Below are positions 13,001 to 26,299 of a stretch of DNA of 64,000 bases, piece by piece. Source of the DNA: Octopus sinensis (Eukaryota); the NCBI RefSeq assembly GCF_006345805.1, contig NC_042997.1:80600001-80664000 (forward strand). The letters run 5' to 3'. Below the pieces are notes generated by a model. That model made no database searches. It saw only the letters and a program-made list of their open reading frames with translations, and had not been told where the DNA came from. Each line of letters starts with the position of its first letter. Positions within the stretch are counted from its first letter, which is position 1. A program made the translations under genes and the position numbers.

Positions 13001-13391
13001 TACAAACAACCACGATTACATCAAAGAGAACAGTCATTTAGCTGATTGGCAAAGCTTCATTCATGCATACTCTACAACTATAATTTCCAGACACACCAAC
13101 TCTTCTCTCTGCTTCTTTTATTATTACTGCAATGACCTCTGTTTATTTTTTTTTTGGGGGGGGGGTGATATTTAATAAATTAACTGCATACCACTTTAAT
13201 GTGACCCACTTAACACAGCCACCTTAATTTTTGGGAACAACCATAGCAAATGAAATGACCCAAGTACATTACTGTCTTTATTCTCAGAATTTGAACACAT
13301 AACATAGAAAGATAAAACTAAATACTAAAATACATTTATTCTAACACTTGTTTTTGCCATACCAGTGATATTCATAGGCATATAAAATTGA

Positions 13392-13602
13392 TTTCAAATT
13401 TTGGCACAAGCCCAGCAATTCCAGGGAAGGGGTAAATCATTTACATTGACTCTAGTGCTTGACTGGTACTTACTTTATAAGCCTTAAAAGGATAAAAGGC
13501 AAAATTGACCTTAACAAAATTTGAACGCTGAACATAAAGAGGAACGAAATGCCACAAAGCATTTTCCCCAGTGTGCTAACAATCCTGCTAGCTCACCATC
13601 TT
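13392..13602 (-). mobile_element. tRNA-derived SINE (family A)
   Basis: Collinear with 49300-49515; minus strand reads GTTCAAATT B-box-like, then the GCCTTT(C/T)ATCCTT core. Confidence 0.75.
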
Positions 13603-14188
13603 TCATATGCATATAATATTACCACATATTTACTTGCAGTCATGGCTTGGGTAGTTCTTATGAATTTAAGATTTTAATCCAATATAATTATTTTGTTCAA
13701 CCCACGGTTCACCTACCTCTGCTACCTGCTATAACTCCTCCCCAAAAACAGAGTATCCACTACAACAAAGAAGTTTACTCAGAACACCATTTTTGTCTAC
13801 AATGTGTGTCATTCACCTCTGAAGCAAAATAATATTTAAAATCCTCCCAAGGTCTGCCAAGCAGCAATAAATGTTAACACCTATTTAGATATGGTTCAAT
13901 AATCATTTTAAAGCTTACTCATCAGAAATTAGTTGCTTCTTTTTATTATCAGGAAGCATATTTCTTTAATGAATCGGACATCTAAAAGTTGGTTTTATCA
14001 TAGTTATTTATTGGCAATTAAACCAAACCAATTATGTAGCTAAAGGGAGAGAAAATAACACTTTTCTTTATTGTTGTTTTGAATATTCAACATGTTCAGC
14101 TAATTTCATAAGTGACAAAATAATTTTTTATACTACACCTATTCCAGTAGAGATGACTGATTTTAGTACATCGTCTCTCACACTTCTA

Positions 14189-15195
14189 GGATCTTTGTGG
14201 TTTTCATCACTGTTTACAATTTTGTTCCAATTGTTTTCAAATTTGGTGTGTGGATTAAGTTTTGTATACTAATTATGATAATGAAATTCATGTTTCATAT
14301 ATATCCATAATTAATAAGTTATTAGCCTTTAATTTTGCAAAATTTGGGTATTTTAGCCATTCAGAAGCGAGTATTTTACACATCACCATGGTAAAAAAAA
14401 AACTGTTTCCATAGTAACCGAAGACACTGCACATGCGCACAAGGAAACGGAGGAGATATGAGAAAGATAATCTATTACAATAATACACGTCTTTTTCTTC
14501 ATCAGAGTATATGAATGAGAAAGGAAGGGTGATAGGTGAATAAGGAAAGAAGTGATGGCAAAGTGGTGGGATGGTGAACATTCAACACTGAAAAGAAAAA
14601 TCAAACAGCATTTCAACTCCAAGTGTGTATGTGTGTGCATGTGAATGTATGTGAACACTGACAAGTGTATTAATTTGATTTACCATCCATATTTATATAT
14701 AAAATACTACAATTAGTTGTCATTTTTTATGGCACAGGGCCAGTTAGTTTATTTTATAAAATTCTAGAGTATTACAAACTTTCATTCTTGAATTTTTTTA
14801 ACTAATAAATGTCTGTTTTAAACAATCTTTTGACTGTTATTTCTAGCAACTCCTGTGGGTTTGTTTGTTCATAGCTTTTAAATATTTAATTTGCTCGTGG
14901 ATGTTTTAATGTTAACTTCATTTGTGTATATTCTAATATTTTGACAGTTATTTCTAGCAATGTTTTGACATGCCAATGCCTCCCCCACCCTCTGATGATG
15001 GAAGAGGCAGTGAATGCACTGTTTTCTGATTGGCTGAAAATTATCAAACATTGAACACCTGTAACATTTTTGCAAAATTTTTCTGGAATAAAATGAATAA
15101 CAAATTCGGATTCAGTGTCAAAAATTACATTTATATGATACATTAAATTTTTTTTTAAAGATAATTGTAAACAGTGATGAAAACCACAAAGATCC
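14189..15195. mobile_element. Non-autonomous TIR DNA transposon with 8-bp TSD (Merlin-like?), 1007 bp
   Basis: Perfect 33-bp TIR GGATCTTTGTGGTTTTCATCACTGTTTACAATT; exact TSD CACTTCTA at 14181-14188 and 15196-15203; no transposase ORF. Superfamily assignment is inference. Confidence 0.9.
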
Positions 15196-15961
15196 CACTT
15201 CTAAATTTCACCTAGCTTGGTGAATATGCCACTGGAATACAGGTAAAGATACAGAGGTGATACCTCTTCAACAATGCTTTGCTTAGTTCACTTAACTTTC
15301 AATGACTTATAAGTATATTAAGAATAATTAATTTTTCAAATGATGTCTATTTTTCTTTACCCCAACTTTTTCTCTCCAACAAAAGTAATGCTCAGACAAA
15401 TAGCAGTAACAAGCAATATGGGACTACTCAAAATTTTAATTGCTGTGATCTATACCTAAATAAGCAGTTTTGTAGATAGCTTGTTGTTTGTTAGTTAGGA
15501 ATATCAAAGGTTTGATTAAATTTTATTCATTATATAAAGATAGCATCTTTTAGAAACTATTGGAAGATCAAAAAATCTGGATAATAAGTAAAAAAAATAT
15601 CTTGCATGTTATCTCTGCATTAGAACTAATATAATTATAATTCCAAATAACTCATTTTCATATCAGCAGAGGGAAGGATAAATTCACTTCAGACTGACAT
15701 TGCAGGGATAAAAGAGAAACTCATAATATAGACAAAAAGCTTCCTGCTGTTTTTGATTATATCAGTGAATTCAAATCCTTAATACCTTAGGCTGATATTG
15801 AATATTATTTGATTGATCAAGGTGTGTGTGTGTGTATCTTGGTTTGCTTGTATATCAGAATTTCCTCCTGATATATTTTTAGCCACGTGAACCTTTCTGA
15901 CATAACATAAATTCCCTGTCGTTTTATTTAACTACCTAACACACCTGTATGTCAAACTGAC

Positions 15962-16058
15962 GTGTACAGAATGTATGTAAATGTCTTCTAAGTCTTCTAA
16001 TGTGGCTTTTATGGACTGATACAAAGTTCCAGGTTCCTGATGAATCTGATGGAGAATC
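15962..16058 (-). CDS. Candidate exon (ILHQIHQEPGTLYQSIKATLEDLEDIYIHSVH)
   Basis: Acceptor TTTTGTTCTCGTAAATCTCCAG; donor GTCAGT; phase 2 to 0. No homology recognised. Confidence 0.3.
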
Positions 16059-16274
16059 CTGGAGATTTACGAGAACAAAAGCATGTAAAAATAAGAAGCA
16101 ACTGTAGTGAATCTGAACTCATCTCCACTTAGCCAGTATGTTTCTTACATGTAAGTACTCAGTTTCAAGTGTACATGTTTGTTTATCACTTTGTATTGAT
16201 TCTTATGGAAAACATTAACAACATAACTTCAATCCTTGAAGATTACATATTTTTGCTTTTATAAGAGATATTAT

Positions 16275-16395
16275 TATTGTCGACTTTGCCTTTCATCCTT
16301 TCAGAGTTGGTAAAATGTTACCAGTTGAGCATTGGGGTTGATGTTATCGACTAGCTCGCTTCCCCCAAATTGTTGACTTTGTGCCAAAATTTGAA

Positions 16396-16433
<38 letters not shown>

Positions 16434-16560
16434 GATGCCAAGGTGGAAGAACCATTAACACACAAAACAAGATGCTTAACAACATTTCATCTGTCTTTAA
16501 TTTCTGAGTTCAAATTTCAAATTCTGCTGAGGTCAACTTTACCATTCATCCTTTTGTGGA
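16275..16560 (+). mobile_element. Two family-A SINE fragments separated by an (ATT)n tract
   Basis: GACTTTGCCTTTCATCCTTT core and GTGCCAAAATTTGAA tail, (ATT)n at ~16397-16432, then a second head with GAGTTCAAATT. Confidence 0.65.
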
Positions 16561-16980
16561 TGACTCAGTTTCAATTCAAAGTTGAAGCAATTTCCATTTC
16601 CCATGTGCTGCTAATGTGAAAGACAAGAATATCACACTTTTTTTTTTTAAATTAGAAACATTTTTTTTTCTATAACTATAACTCTGGGCCTCTACATCTA
16701 GTAAGAAAGTGTTTTGAGTTGGAATAATAGTGTTTTCTTTGCCTGTCATCACTCTAGGGGTTGACTAGTTATTTTAGCCCTGTGCGAGCTCTGATCAAGC
16801 AGGTTTGTGTTCAAAATAGTTTTGAATTAATCAAGTATCATCTTGTAGCTTTTCGATGATGTAATTGTTCACCTTTTCTTACATAAAGACACAGGTGTCA
16901 CTGGTTCCCCACTTTATCTTCTGGTTTGGTGTGAGAGGGAGTGTAAACCCTTAAATGTGTTTCTTGAGTACGATGCATAC

Positions 16981-17008
16981 TCATCTGGAATAATAAACAG
17001 TACACTAT
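16981..17008 (-). CDS. Candidate 28-nt micro-exon (H-SVLFIIPD-E)
   Basis: AG/GTATGC boundaries; phase 1 to 2 bridges the 17247 and 15962 candidates. Confidence 0.22.
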
Positions 17009-17246
17009 CTAAATTTAATCTGAATGTATTCACATTTATTCCACACATATCTTTTATGTTTTAAAGGGGGATATTGAACAGCTGAGTTCATTGAATTTCA
17101 AGGATTGGAATGTTTTTATTTCAGTTCACAATTGAAAGGCTGAACCTTAAAGATTAATGATAGATATCTGGGATTTAATCCATTGTTGCTTGTTGAGTAA
17201 TACGCACATAAAATGCAGAATCATGATTTTAATTGCTAGGTTTTAC

Positions 17247-17404
17247 GCAGAATGCATCTGAGATTGCAATCTTCCCAGGACTCTGTATCCATTTTGCAAC
17301 GTGTTAGAAAGTTGCTAACAAAATGCTCGAAACTTCTTGGTATATAATTGCATGTCATTATTTCAAGAGTCTCCTTGTAAATTGTATGGGTATTAGACAA
17401 AGCC
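17247..17404 (-). CDS. Candidate 158-nt exon (ALSNTHTIYKETLEIMTCNYIPRSFEHFVSNFLTRCKMDTESWEDCNLRCIL)
   Basis: Acceptor CCTTTTCCAG; donor GTAAAA; single open frame; phase 2 to 1. Confidence 0.3.
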
Positions 17405-18531
17405 CTGGAAAAGGTCATGGGCAGTGCCCTTCCTCATCTAAGACATTAGAAAGAAATAGGGCATGACTGTTCTTCTATAGATGTTTTAAAATTCATGTAT
17501 AAAATCAATTGTAATTCTTATTTATTCCCACTGTTTTGAATTAATCATGCATTACTTGCAGTTTTGATATCTTGATGATGTGGCTGTTTATCTTTAGAAT
17601 GACATTGTATGGTAGAGTACTTCACTATTTACTCTCATCAGTATACCTGCTTCAGAAATTGAGCTGGTAATTAAAGCTATGTTTATAAAAGCTAGGGATA
17701 TAAATATTTTAATTACTGTTTTCATTTTTTTTTTCCTTAATCTTACAATTATTTCATTCAATCAAAAACATTTCATTTGGAGTACTGCAAACTGATGTCA
17801 TTAATGAAAACTAGATAACAATGAATTACAAAGTTAAAGATTACAAGCATAAAATAACAGAAAGAAGTCACTAGTGATTTCCTTCTTGTATCTATTATTT
17901 GAAGAATTATAGATCCTACAAACTGTCTGATGATCACTGACATTGAAAAGTTACAAATAAATTATTTAGTTTACAGGAAAACATGACATATCTCCGACAT
18001 TGTTATTAAATTTATCAGCTAAACTCTATTTTAGGCTAAAGGCAATTAATAAGTAGGTTTAAATATCAAAACTGAAAATATATCAAATCTGTATTTTTTT
18101 TTCTCTCAATACAGACAAATATATTAGACCAAATGTTTTTTCCCAATTATTTTTTATTACCTGACACCTATATATCATTTTGGAAAACTATCATGTTCAT
18201 TTTGAAAAACTATCATGTTATTGTAAACTTGAAATCCTAAAATCAAAACAAACTATAAATATCTGAAAAGATTGCAGTTTCACTTTATAAAAAAATGGAA
18301 AGAACAAACCTATGACTATTCAATTACAAAGATATGTGGGCAAGAATGTGCCTGATAGTTATTTTGAAATCAAATTGCATTAAAAAAAACATCAACCAGC
18401 TAAATTTTAAATGCTTTACTTTATTTCAAATAAACTTTCCTGATGATAAAGACAATCTAGTTGTAAAACTACAGCAGTACCAAAAAGAAAAAAAATCAAT
18501 TACTTAACTATCATTTCAATATAAATATTAA

Positions 18532-18752
18532 ACCTTCAGTATTCAGATTACTCTATCAAATGTGACGGTTATTCATTAGCACTGCTTTGAATTATCATGC
18601 ACTACCTTAGAGCTGTAAAATTTTGATGATGCGATCATCCATTTCTAGAACAATATTGTAGGGTAGGTGTGAGAGGTCTAATGTGGTCAGCTTGAACATA
18701 AAACAGGTAGAATATTTGAGCCTGATATAATGAGTTTTAAATGCTAAAGGGC
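18532..18752 (-). mobile_element. piggyBac-like MITE, copy 3 (opposite orientation)
   Basis: TTAA at 18528-18531; reverse-complement homology to 3558-3770; ends AATGCTAAAGGG. Confidence 0.65.
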
Positions 18753-18817
18753 TAACCATACCAGGAATTTTAAGTGTAAAATGAGTGAAGTCTTCAATTG
18801 TTGCAATCTTAAAATAC

Positions 18818-19525
18818 AGATCTTTTCTGATTGGCTGCCTCTTTTCAATTTCTGTTCCAATTGATTTCATATTTGGTGTAATGATATAGTCTTGTATGTT
18901 AATCATTGACATGAAATTCATTTTTGTCATAAATCAGTAAATAAAGAGTTAATAGCTTTTAAAGTTTGCAAATTCTGGGTAATTTTAGCCAACCGCAAGC
19001 CACAGGCATATAGATGCTTGTTTCCATAGTAACAAGCCAAGTTGTTACCAAGCTGCTTACTTATGTGGTCGTTTAGTGCTTATTAAATGGTGGCTGTGAG
19101 ATATGCTAAAAATAATCGCTAAATAGGCCTTAAATCACACACCAACTTTTTTTTCTTTTTTGCATAATCATATGAATTCCCATGGGTAGAATACAAATTC
19201 ACAAAATAAATTTCTGAAAATTCCCCCCAAAAAATGAAGTTACGAGGGGTAATATGGTGTGCGTAAAGCAGAACTCCACCAATATTTCATTTGTTTACAG
19301 TTGACAACACTTGCTGCCATGCACAAAATGACAACTTCCAAATCCTGTTTTCTGACTGAGTAAAAATGATGAACTTTAAACTTCTGTAACTATTTCAAAA
19401 AAAATTTCTGGAAAAAGTTAAATATCCCCTGAGATTCTGCATGAAAAATTACATTGATATACCAAATTTTAAAATTTTCACTAAACTTTGAAATTTCCAC
19501 AGGTGCAGTCACACAGAAAAGATCT
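18818..19525. mobile_element. Second TIR element with 8-bp TSD, related to 14189-15195 (708 bp)
   Basis: TIR AGATCTTTTCTG (12 bp perfect, 18/21 overall); exact TSD TAAAATAC at 18810-18817 and 19526-19533; subterminal regions align with the 14.2-kb element. Confidence 0.85.
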
Positions 19526-19606
19526 TAAAATACAAACATGTTCATTACTGTTTGAAAAATTTCAAAATATTCAAAGTGAAAAAAAAATTGTCAGCTCTTT
19601 CTGAAC

Positions 19607-19645
19607 CTAAGGAATTCATCAGGCTGGAATTCAGCCTCAGTTTGC
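19607..19645 (-). CDS. Candidate 39-nt exon (QTEAEFQPDEFL-R)
   Basis: Good T-rich acceptor ending CTCCTAG; weak donor GTTCAG; phase 2 to 2. Confidence 0.2.
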
Positions 19646-20279
19646 CTAGGAGCAGTAATAAAATAAAAAAGAAAGTTATGCACCTAAAATTTAACATTTA
19701 TACTAGGACTAGACTGTACAATTTAAAAGCCATTATTACAAATAGCTTATTCTACTTCCAATAAAATCATTAACCAGTATATAATTCAACTTGATTAACA
19801 AATTTATTTAATATTCTATATTGTAAATTATGAATTTAAAGGTTAAAGGTTTCCAGTAGGTCACTTACTGGTTCACTACATTTTTAACAAGAACAACAAA
19901 TCAGTGTCTGCAAATCAGAGGATTTTGTTTGAAGAGCACTGGTTTTTCACTAATGTTTACATCATTCATAGAGAAAGGTAGACATTCTTAAAAAGTTTAT
20001 ACCTACCAAATTCTATACAAAAAGTATTGGTCACATCATCATCTTTAAAACAGGTATGAAAACCCAGCCAAATGATTAATGCTGCACTTGGTCAAAAAAA
20101 AAAATATCCTAATCTAAGCAAGCATGGAAAAACAGAGAAAAAAAAGGGCAATGTTGGTGGTGATGAAGATCAGGATGGATGATATTTATATATGGATTTT
20201 TCTTGATCACTTTATTCATATTAAGTCTCCATCTGCCAACCTCCTCTAATCCTCATTACTCTTTCATCAATTACTTACT

Positions 20280-20790
20280 TCCAATTTTACCAATGTATCT
20301 TTCTACTGTCACTCTAGCTCTTTCCCATCATGCCACCAGTGTAACGAGAGATAGCATTGTATTGGCTCTATTTGCATTCAATCCCAATTTACCACCAACT
20401 TTTTCTATTGCTACCCATCATTCTCTCTCCCATTACTCCTCTTATTCACACTCTCTTACTATCACTGATCTTCATGGTATCCATTAATCTCTCTCTCTCT
20501 CTCACATACACACATTACTCTCTCCTTTACCACTTGTTGATATCCATAAATCTCACTTTCAGCACTCCCTTTTCCCCATAACATTACTCATATCATTTCT
20601 GTTACTCATTACATCCCTCCTCCCTCTCCATTTACTCACTTCTCTATCACCTCTTGCTCTAGTTCTATCACTCTCTTGTATCACTCTCACTAGTTCTTTT
20701 TCATCCCAATCTTTTAATCTCCTTACCAACACCCATCATGTAACAGTCACTACCTCACTCTTGCTCCAGTAACTCTGGCTCTGTTCTCAC
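20280..20790. repeat. G-poor, CT/CA-rich low-complexity tract
   Basis: Strong strand asymmetry; degenerate CTCT/CACT units. Confidence 0.6.
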
Positions 20791-20904
20791 TCAGTTGTGT
20801 GGTAAAGAAAAAATGGTGAACGGAGAGAGTGTAGGGAAAAAGGCACTCCTTTAATTTTGTCAGGGACAAGACAACCACTCTAGTATTGAGATAAAAAAAT
20901 GCAT

Positions 20905-21095
20905 CCAGTACACACTGTAAAACAATTGAAGATAGGAAAGGAATCCAGTAATAAACACCACAACAAAATAAAACATGAAAGCAATCTGTCCAAGAGAGAA
21001 GTAATTCTAGATAAGAACAGACTGAAACTTAGAAAACCCATCCAGGTCATGCTACATGCAAAAGAAGATTTAAAATGATGATAATGGTGATGCTA
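20905..21095 (+). mobile_element. Degraded RTE 3' tail
   Basis: AGGAAAGGAATCCAG...CATGCTACATG...ATGATGATAATGGTGATG resembles the RTE 3' end at 42190-42360. Confidence 0.4.
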
Positions 21096-22134
21096 AGATC
21101 TAAAAGTTGTCAGCTCCCCAAATCCTTTCTATTAATCTTTACAGTATTTATGAAAAGCAGAGAGAACCCATAATACTGGTGTTGAATACATTATGTAAAC
21201 ATCCTCATCTTCATATAGAAAGACTTTTGAGGCTTAAAAAAAGAAAGGATTCTAAACTAAGTTCATGGAAATGCAGCAGATGTGGCTGGAATATGTACCT
21301 TATAGTTTGATATCTTAGATTTTAGAATTTGCATTTTGTTGAATAATTATATTATTCATGGTGAATAAAATAAACATCTGTTTATTTTAGTCAAATCATA
21401 ACACATCTACCTTACAAAAAAAGATGTGTACATATGTGCATGTATGAGTTGCCCTTCATAAAGAAATCACTAAACAGTTTGCATGAACAAGAGTAGGCCA
21501 CTTGAATATCAGAACAAATCTTCGTATTCATTCTACCATTTGAAAAAAATATAAAAATCAATAACAAGGAATCAATATTTGAAACAAAAATAGCACAACC
21601 TTCCCACACCTCTAAACTTGCTCAATGAATCTACTGAAATTAACTTTTGTAGTTAACCAACAATATTAATTTCTTGCTATTGTATTCCTAAAAGAAAACC
21701 CTAAAAAAAAAAATCATACAAAGTATGGATTCCCTACACCATCAACTAACCATAGTAGTCTAAGCAAGTTATTACTATATGAAAACTACAACTACAACCT
21801 ATTTTATCATTTTCCTTTGACTGCTTCCATCAGAGTTACTGAAACATAGCTGATTCTTGCTTCAGCATAGTAGAAATTTTTTAAGACATGAATGGTGTTT
21901 TATTAATTAAATGTTAATACAAGGTCATATCAAAAGTAGCTTTTAATAGAAACAGTTCTACATCATTGAACAATTTTGCTTGTGTTCATGTCATTCCTTT
22001 TGGAATCATATAGTTGCAGAGAACCAAATGTTACAAAATAGAAACTTATTATAGGATAATTTCACTGGTGGTTCTGATACACAGTAATCATTTTTGATGT
22101 TATTTGCCTGATATCAGTTTCTTGTCTACATTAC

Positions 22135-22188
22135 CTGCTTGGTTTTTGAGGTAGATTAATGTCCAGAATATGTTCTAGCATGAGATGT
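22135..22188 (-). CDS. Candidate 54-nt exon (HLMLEHILDINLPQKPS-R)
   Basis: Donor CAG|GTAATG; modest acceptor TGATACAG; phase 2 to 2. Confidence 0.2.
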
Positions 22189-24229
22189 CTGTATCAGTAC
22201 TGAATAATATACATTTTATTTGAGGTGTATTGGTTCACAAGCAATTTCTTTAAATGTCTTTTTAGCTTGTGAACATTTTTTTGTTTTTGAGATTAAATAT
22301 TTTCCTAAAAAGTAAAAAAATCATAAACGGTAAAGCGTTAACCTTTTTTCTTCTACTAGCCTCCCAAGAGATGTTATTTTGAAGATGGTTCATCTCCTTA
22401 GCTGGCAGCCATTATTTAGATTAAAAAAGCTGCCAACAACTGATTTGTTTGTTATAATCTGCTTGTTAACATGTGAATATTTACTGATCACTTGACAGGA
22501 TTTGAACACATTATATAAAGTCCTTTATTAATTTTCAGAGTGGACAAGATGCTTGTACATATATTTCCCAATGAAGAATAAGACATGATCTTTATAACTT
22601 TTCTATGAAAAAGTCATTGACAAAGTAGAAATTCATGACTCTTCAACTCAGATTAATATATTGTCTTCTTAACTTTGTGACTCTTCAATGTGTGAACAAA
22701 CATTAGGGAGTAAATCACAGCAAAAATAAATATACATACTCTGATGCAAAGAAAATATTGCAGTTGTAAATTCACCCACTTATTAAGTTGATAAAGAATG
22801 TGAAATTCATATAACCAATTTTGCAAAAGGAAGTTTTGTTTGTGGTTTATCTAATGTATCAATAAATGTGTAAAATATACTGTAAATATAACCATTTCTT
22901 TTTTTTTTTTTTTTTTTTTTTTTTTGCAATGGATTATAAACAAGATAGGATATATTTCAGTTGAAGATTAGAATTAAAAATGGCAAAAAAGCATCTAATG
23001 CTGATTATAACTGGAACAATGTCAAAAGTGGTAAAGAAATAATATCCTCTGGTTTAAGAAAAGAACTACTTCAAATGAATAAGAATAAAAACAAAACTCA
23101 AAATAATGTATAGCTCATAGCTCTAGGCTGAGTTAGTTTCAAAAACCAAGAAACATATCTTATTTGGATAAAACAAATTTCAGGACTTTTTTTTTTTATG
23201 AAGACTGAAGGCATAATAGTACGACTGGCTTGCATATAATCTGAAAAACAATATTATTATATATTGAATTTTACAAAACTACATAATAACAATGTTTGAA
23301 TGCTGACAGCTAAATATTAAATCATATGAAAGTGAAAGCAATATAGTATGCTTGTTTGAAAATATTCAAAAGTATATAAAAAAAGAATTTAATGAAAAAA
23401 AAAGTAATAATAGTCTTAAATACTCTTTGTTCTGTTTAAATTAAAAATGGAAATTAAAAATTTTTTGGAGAAAGCCATGGATAAAATCAAGTTTCAAGAT
23501 TTACACTGTTTAAATTAGTGACAACTAAGTGATTATCAAAGATATTTACACTAAAAATATTCAAAATCAAGCAATCTCTCTTCTCAAACTGAAGTTGTCA
23601 GACTAGATGACAATTTTATTTTATTACAACCATTAGTATTACTGAAAAAAAAACTAAGGACAGATGGCTAATGGTTTCATTGTCTCCTCCTTAATAGAGA
23701 ATTTCTGCTAGTTTTCAGTTAAATGGTTGCACTTTATACATTGCAATGGATTTCTCTATCAATTTTAGGCTAATGTTTGCAATGAAGTATATAACAGTAA
23801 ATGTCTCCTGATTTTAAGTTAATGGTTGCACTCTCTACAGAATAGTAACTTTCTACTATAAAGAATAAATAGATGTTCATGATTTTTAAAGTGTCTTGCA
23901 GATACATAAAGTGAAAGTAGAAGACAATAAAATGTGAGTGCCTAGTGAGAATTGAACCAATGTCATTGTTGGTGCCTCAATATGATTATTGCTACATCAT
24001 AAACCATTTGTTAATACTCATTACTACATTTAATTCTTATGCCTCTCAATCAATATTTTTAAATAAGTAAGTAAAAGAATGTAGAATGTTGACCATTGCA
24101 AACACCTTGAAGTCAGTATGGCTGATGTATTAAAATAGCTATAGCATGATGCTTACAAGAAAAACACTGAAGGGGGGGGGGGGTTCTAAGCATTGCAGTT
24201 CTAGGATAGAAGGGCTGGGTGAAATATTT

Positions 24230-25010
24230 AGTTTAAGATCTGGAGGGTATGACAGAGTAAGGCTGGAGGTCAAATTAGATGGGTGGAACAGGTAATCCTG
24301 AATGAACAGAATTTGCAGTTAACTATTTCATAGAAGCAGTGGCCACTGTAGTAGTTGGAGAGATAGGCAGGAGGGTAACAATGGATCTGCGAGCTAGTGA
24401 TTGAAGTGTATTGGTGGGTAAAGCTTTGTCAATCAGTCAAATAAACTTCTTTTCAATATGGTCTATAATGCTTGCATATGTAGCACAAACACTGTCCCAC
24501 ATAGGTAAGCCATACCTCAATGGGGGTTTTACTCAATGTTTGTAGAGAATTGCCAAATGATATCAATTTGGAAATGCTGTTATATGTTGGTCACCATAAG
24601 ATATCAGAGGTTGTGAAAGCTAGCAATGGTGATGACTCAGAGGGTTTTATTTATGCATTATTCATGACAAGACAAAGAGTAATGCAACAATGTTCACTTG
24701 ATAAGTCTTGTGTTTGTATTGTTGAAAGACACTGATAAGATTGCCTGGTCCCTGATAAAGAATAAGTTTAGGTCACTCTGTGTTCATAAAAGCTTCTTTA
24801 TGTCTGGTATAATGTGGTTAGGCTGTCTGTGTGAACAGAAGATTAAGAGAAGTGGAAATTAGTTCATCTACACGGAAGTATATACTGTTAGAAATAGGTA
24901 AGACATTAATGTACAATAAGACTGTGAGAGATGTTATTACCAAACACTGAAATGCACTCAAGTTGAGAAAGTATGGGATAGAGAGAGCCCTCTTAGCACA
25001 TGCTGTCATG
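24230..25010 (-). mobile_element. Degraded CR1/L2-type LINE, RT to C-terminal region
   Basis: Minus-strand peptides LLYINVLPISNSIYFRVD (like FLLYINDL...YADD) and AILYKH*VKPPLRYGLPMW (like LYK..VRP.LEY...W). Confidence 0.6.
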
Positions 25011-26299
25011 ATACAATATAACAGATTTTTCAGATCAAGAATTGAGATAAATCGTAAATGGGCAACTTAAATAAGAGATTTCACAACTGAAAGCTTTTTT
25101 TTATGTCCACTACAACAACTTATCTGAGAGTAAGTGACCACAGATGAGTAATATTAAAGGATATTTCATTGGTTAATTTGACTTTATGGAAGCCATGCTA
25201 ATGGCCAATTAAGGAGATAGACAATTGTTATTTGACTCCAAGTTACTTCTAATGAGCAGATCTATAACCAAAGGTGTTTTAGACATAACCATCCTATCTT
25301 ATTTCAAGCATAAAGTATCAGGGGTCAAATTAACCTATGTATTTTTCTGTATCATAAAATGATAAGGGGTAATTTGGGGGAGATTAAGTTGCTATTTCTA
25401 AGCAGTTAAGTGGTCACATAAAACATGTCTCATAAGAAAAATTCTATCATTAGGACTTTAAAATAATAAGAGTTAAATTTGACTTCTTTAAAAATTATAC
25501 GCATGAAATAGTTGAAGGTTAATACTTTCAGTGAAAGATTAATGAGGAAAGGAATTCACAATCAAGTCCTGATTGCAGCCAATGAACATCAAATGGCAGA
25601 ATCAAAACAAGGTTACATACATATGAGGATGGTACAGAAGTGGGCTAAAACTTGTACGTGTCAAACAATGAAATTTATTGGTTTCATGTTTGACTTCAGT
25701 TCAGAGTTATCTTCACATATTAACATAGATGGGATAGTTTTTTTCTTTTTTGTTCTTTGCAAATTCAGACATTTATAGGATCATATAAATTTCTAATCAT
25801 TCAACTATAAGATGGTGGGGGGGGGGTACCTGCCATCAGTAATGAGAAAGGAATCCTGAAGTTATATCACTTCCTTTAGAAGATTTGTATAAACAACCAT
25901 TTAATCAGTAGCTTTTTTACAGAATTCAATTTGCCAAATTGAATTGATGACCATATCATCACTATGATATTAATAAAGTCAATATGAAAACAGCAGCGCT
26001 ATGTCTGAAACACACTGTAAGAAACAAACAGTGCTGCATTTGATACATATCTTGCTTCACTTCTACGCATAGCAGGAGAAATATTCAACAGAAAACATTT
26101 AGCTTACATTGATCGGTATTTGATATATTTTCTATCACTAATTATTATAACTACCAATATTTAAAAGAAAACATGCTGAGATAACAATATGAGTATGAAT
26201 ATACTTTTAATGCTTTTGATTTTGTATATAACCTATATTTCTATTTCCTTTTACTTCATGTTAGAGTACTTTTTTTTATACAGCCCTTGGCTGCCATGA

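Noticed and set aside
18607-18930. 107-aa minus ORF with a superficial RT-like LTTLDLSHLPYNI
   Set aside because: Spans two non-coding elements (piggyBac-like MITE and the 8-bp-TSD element) and their junction.
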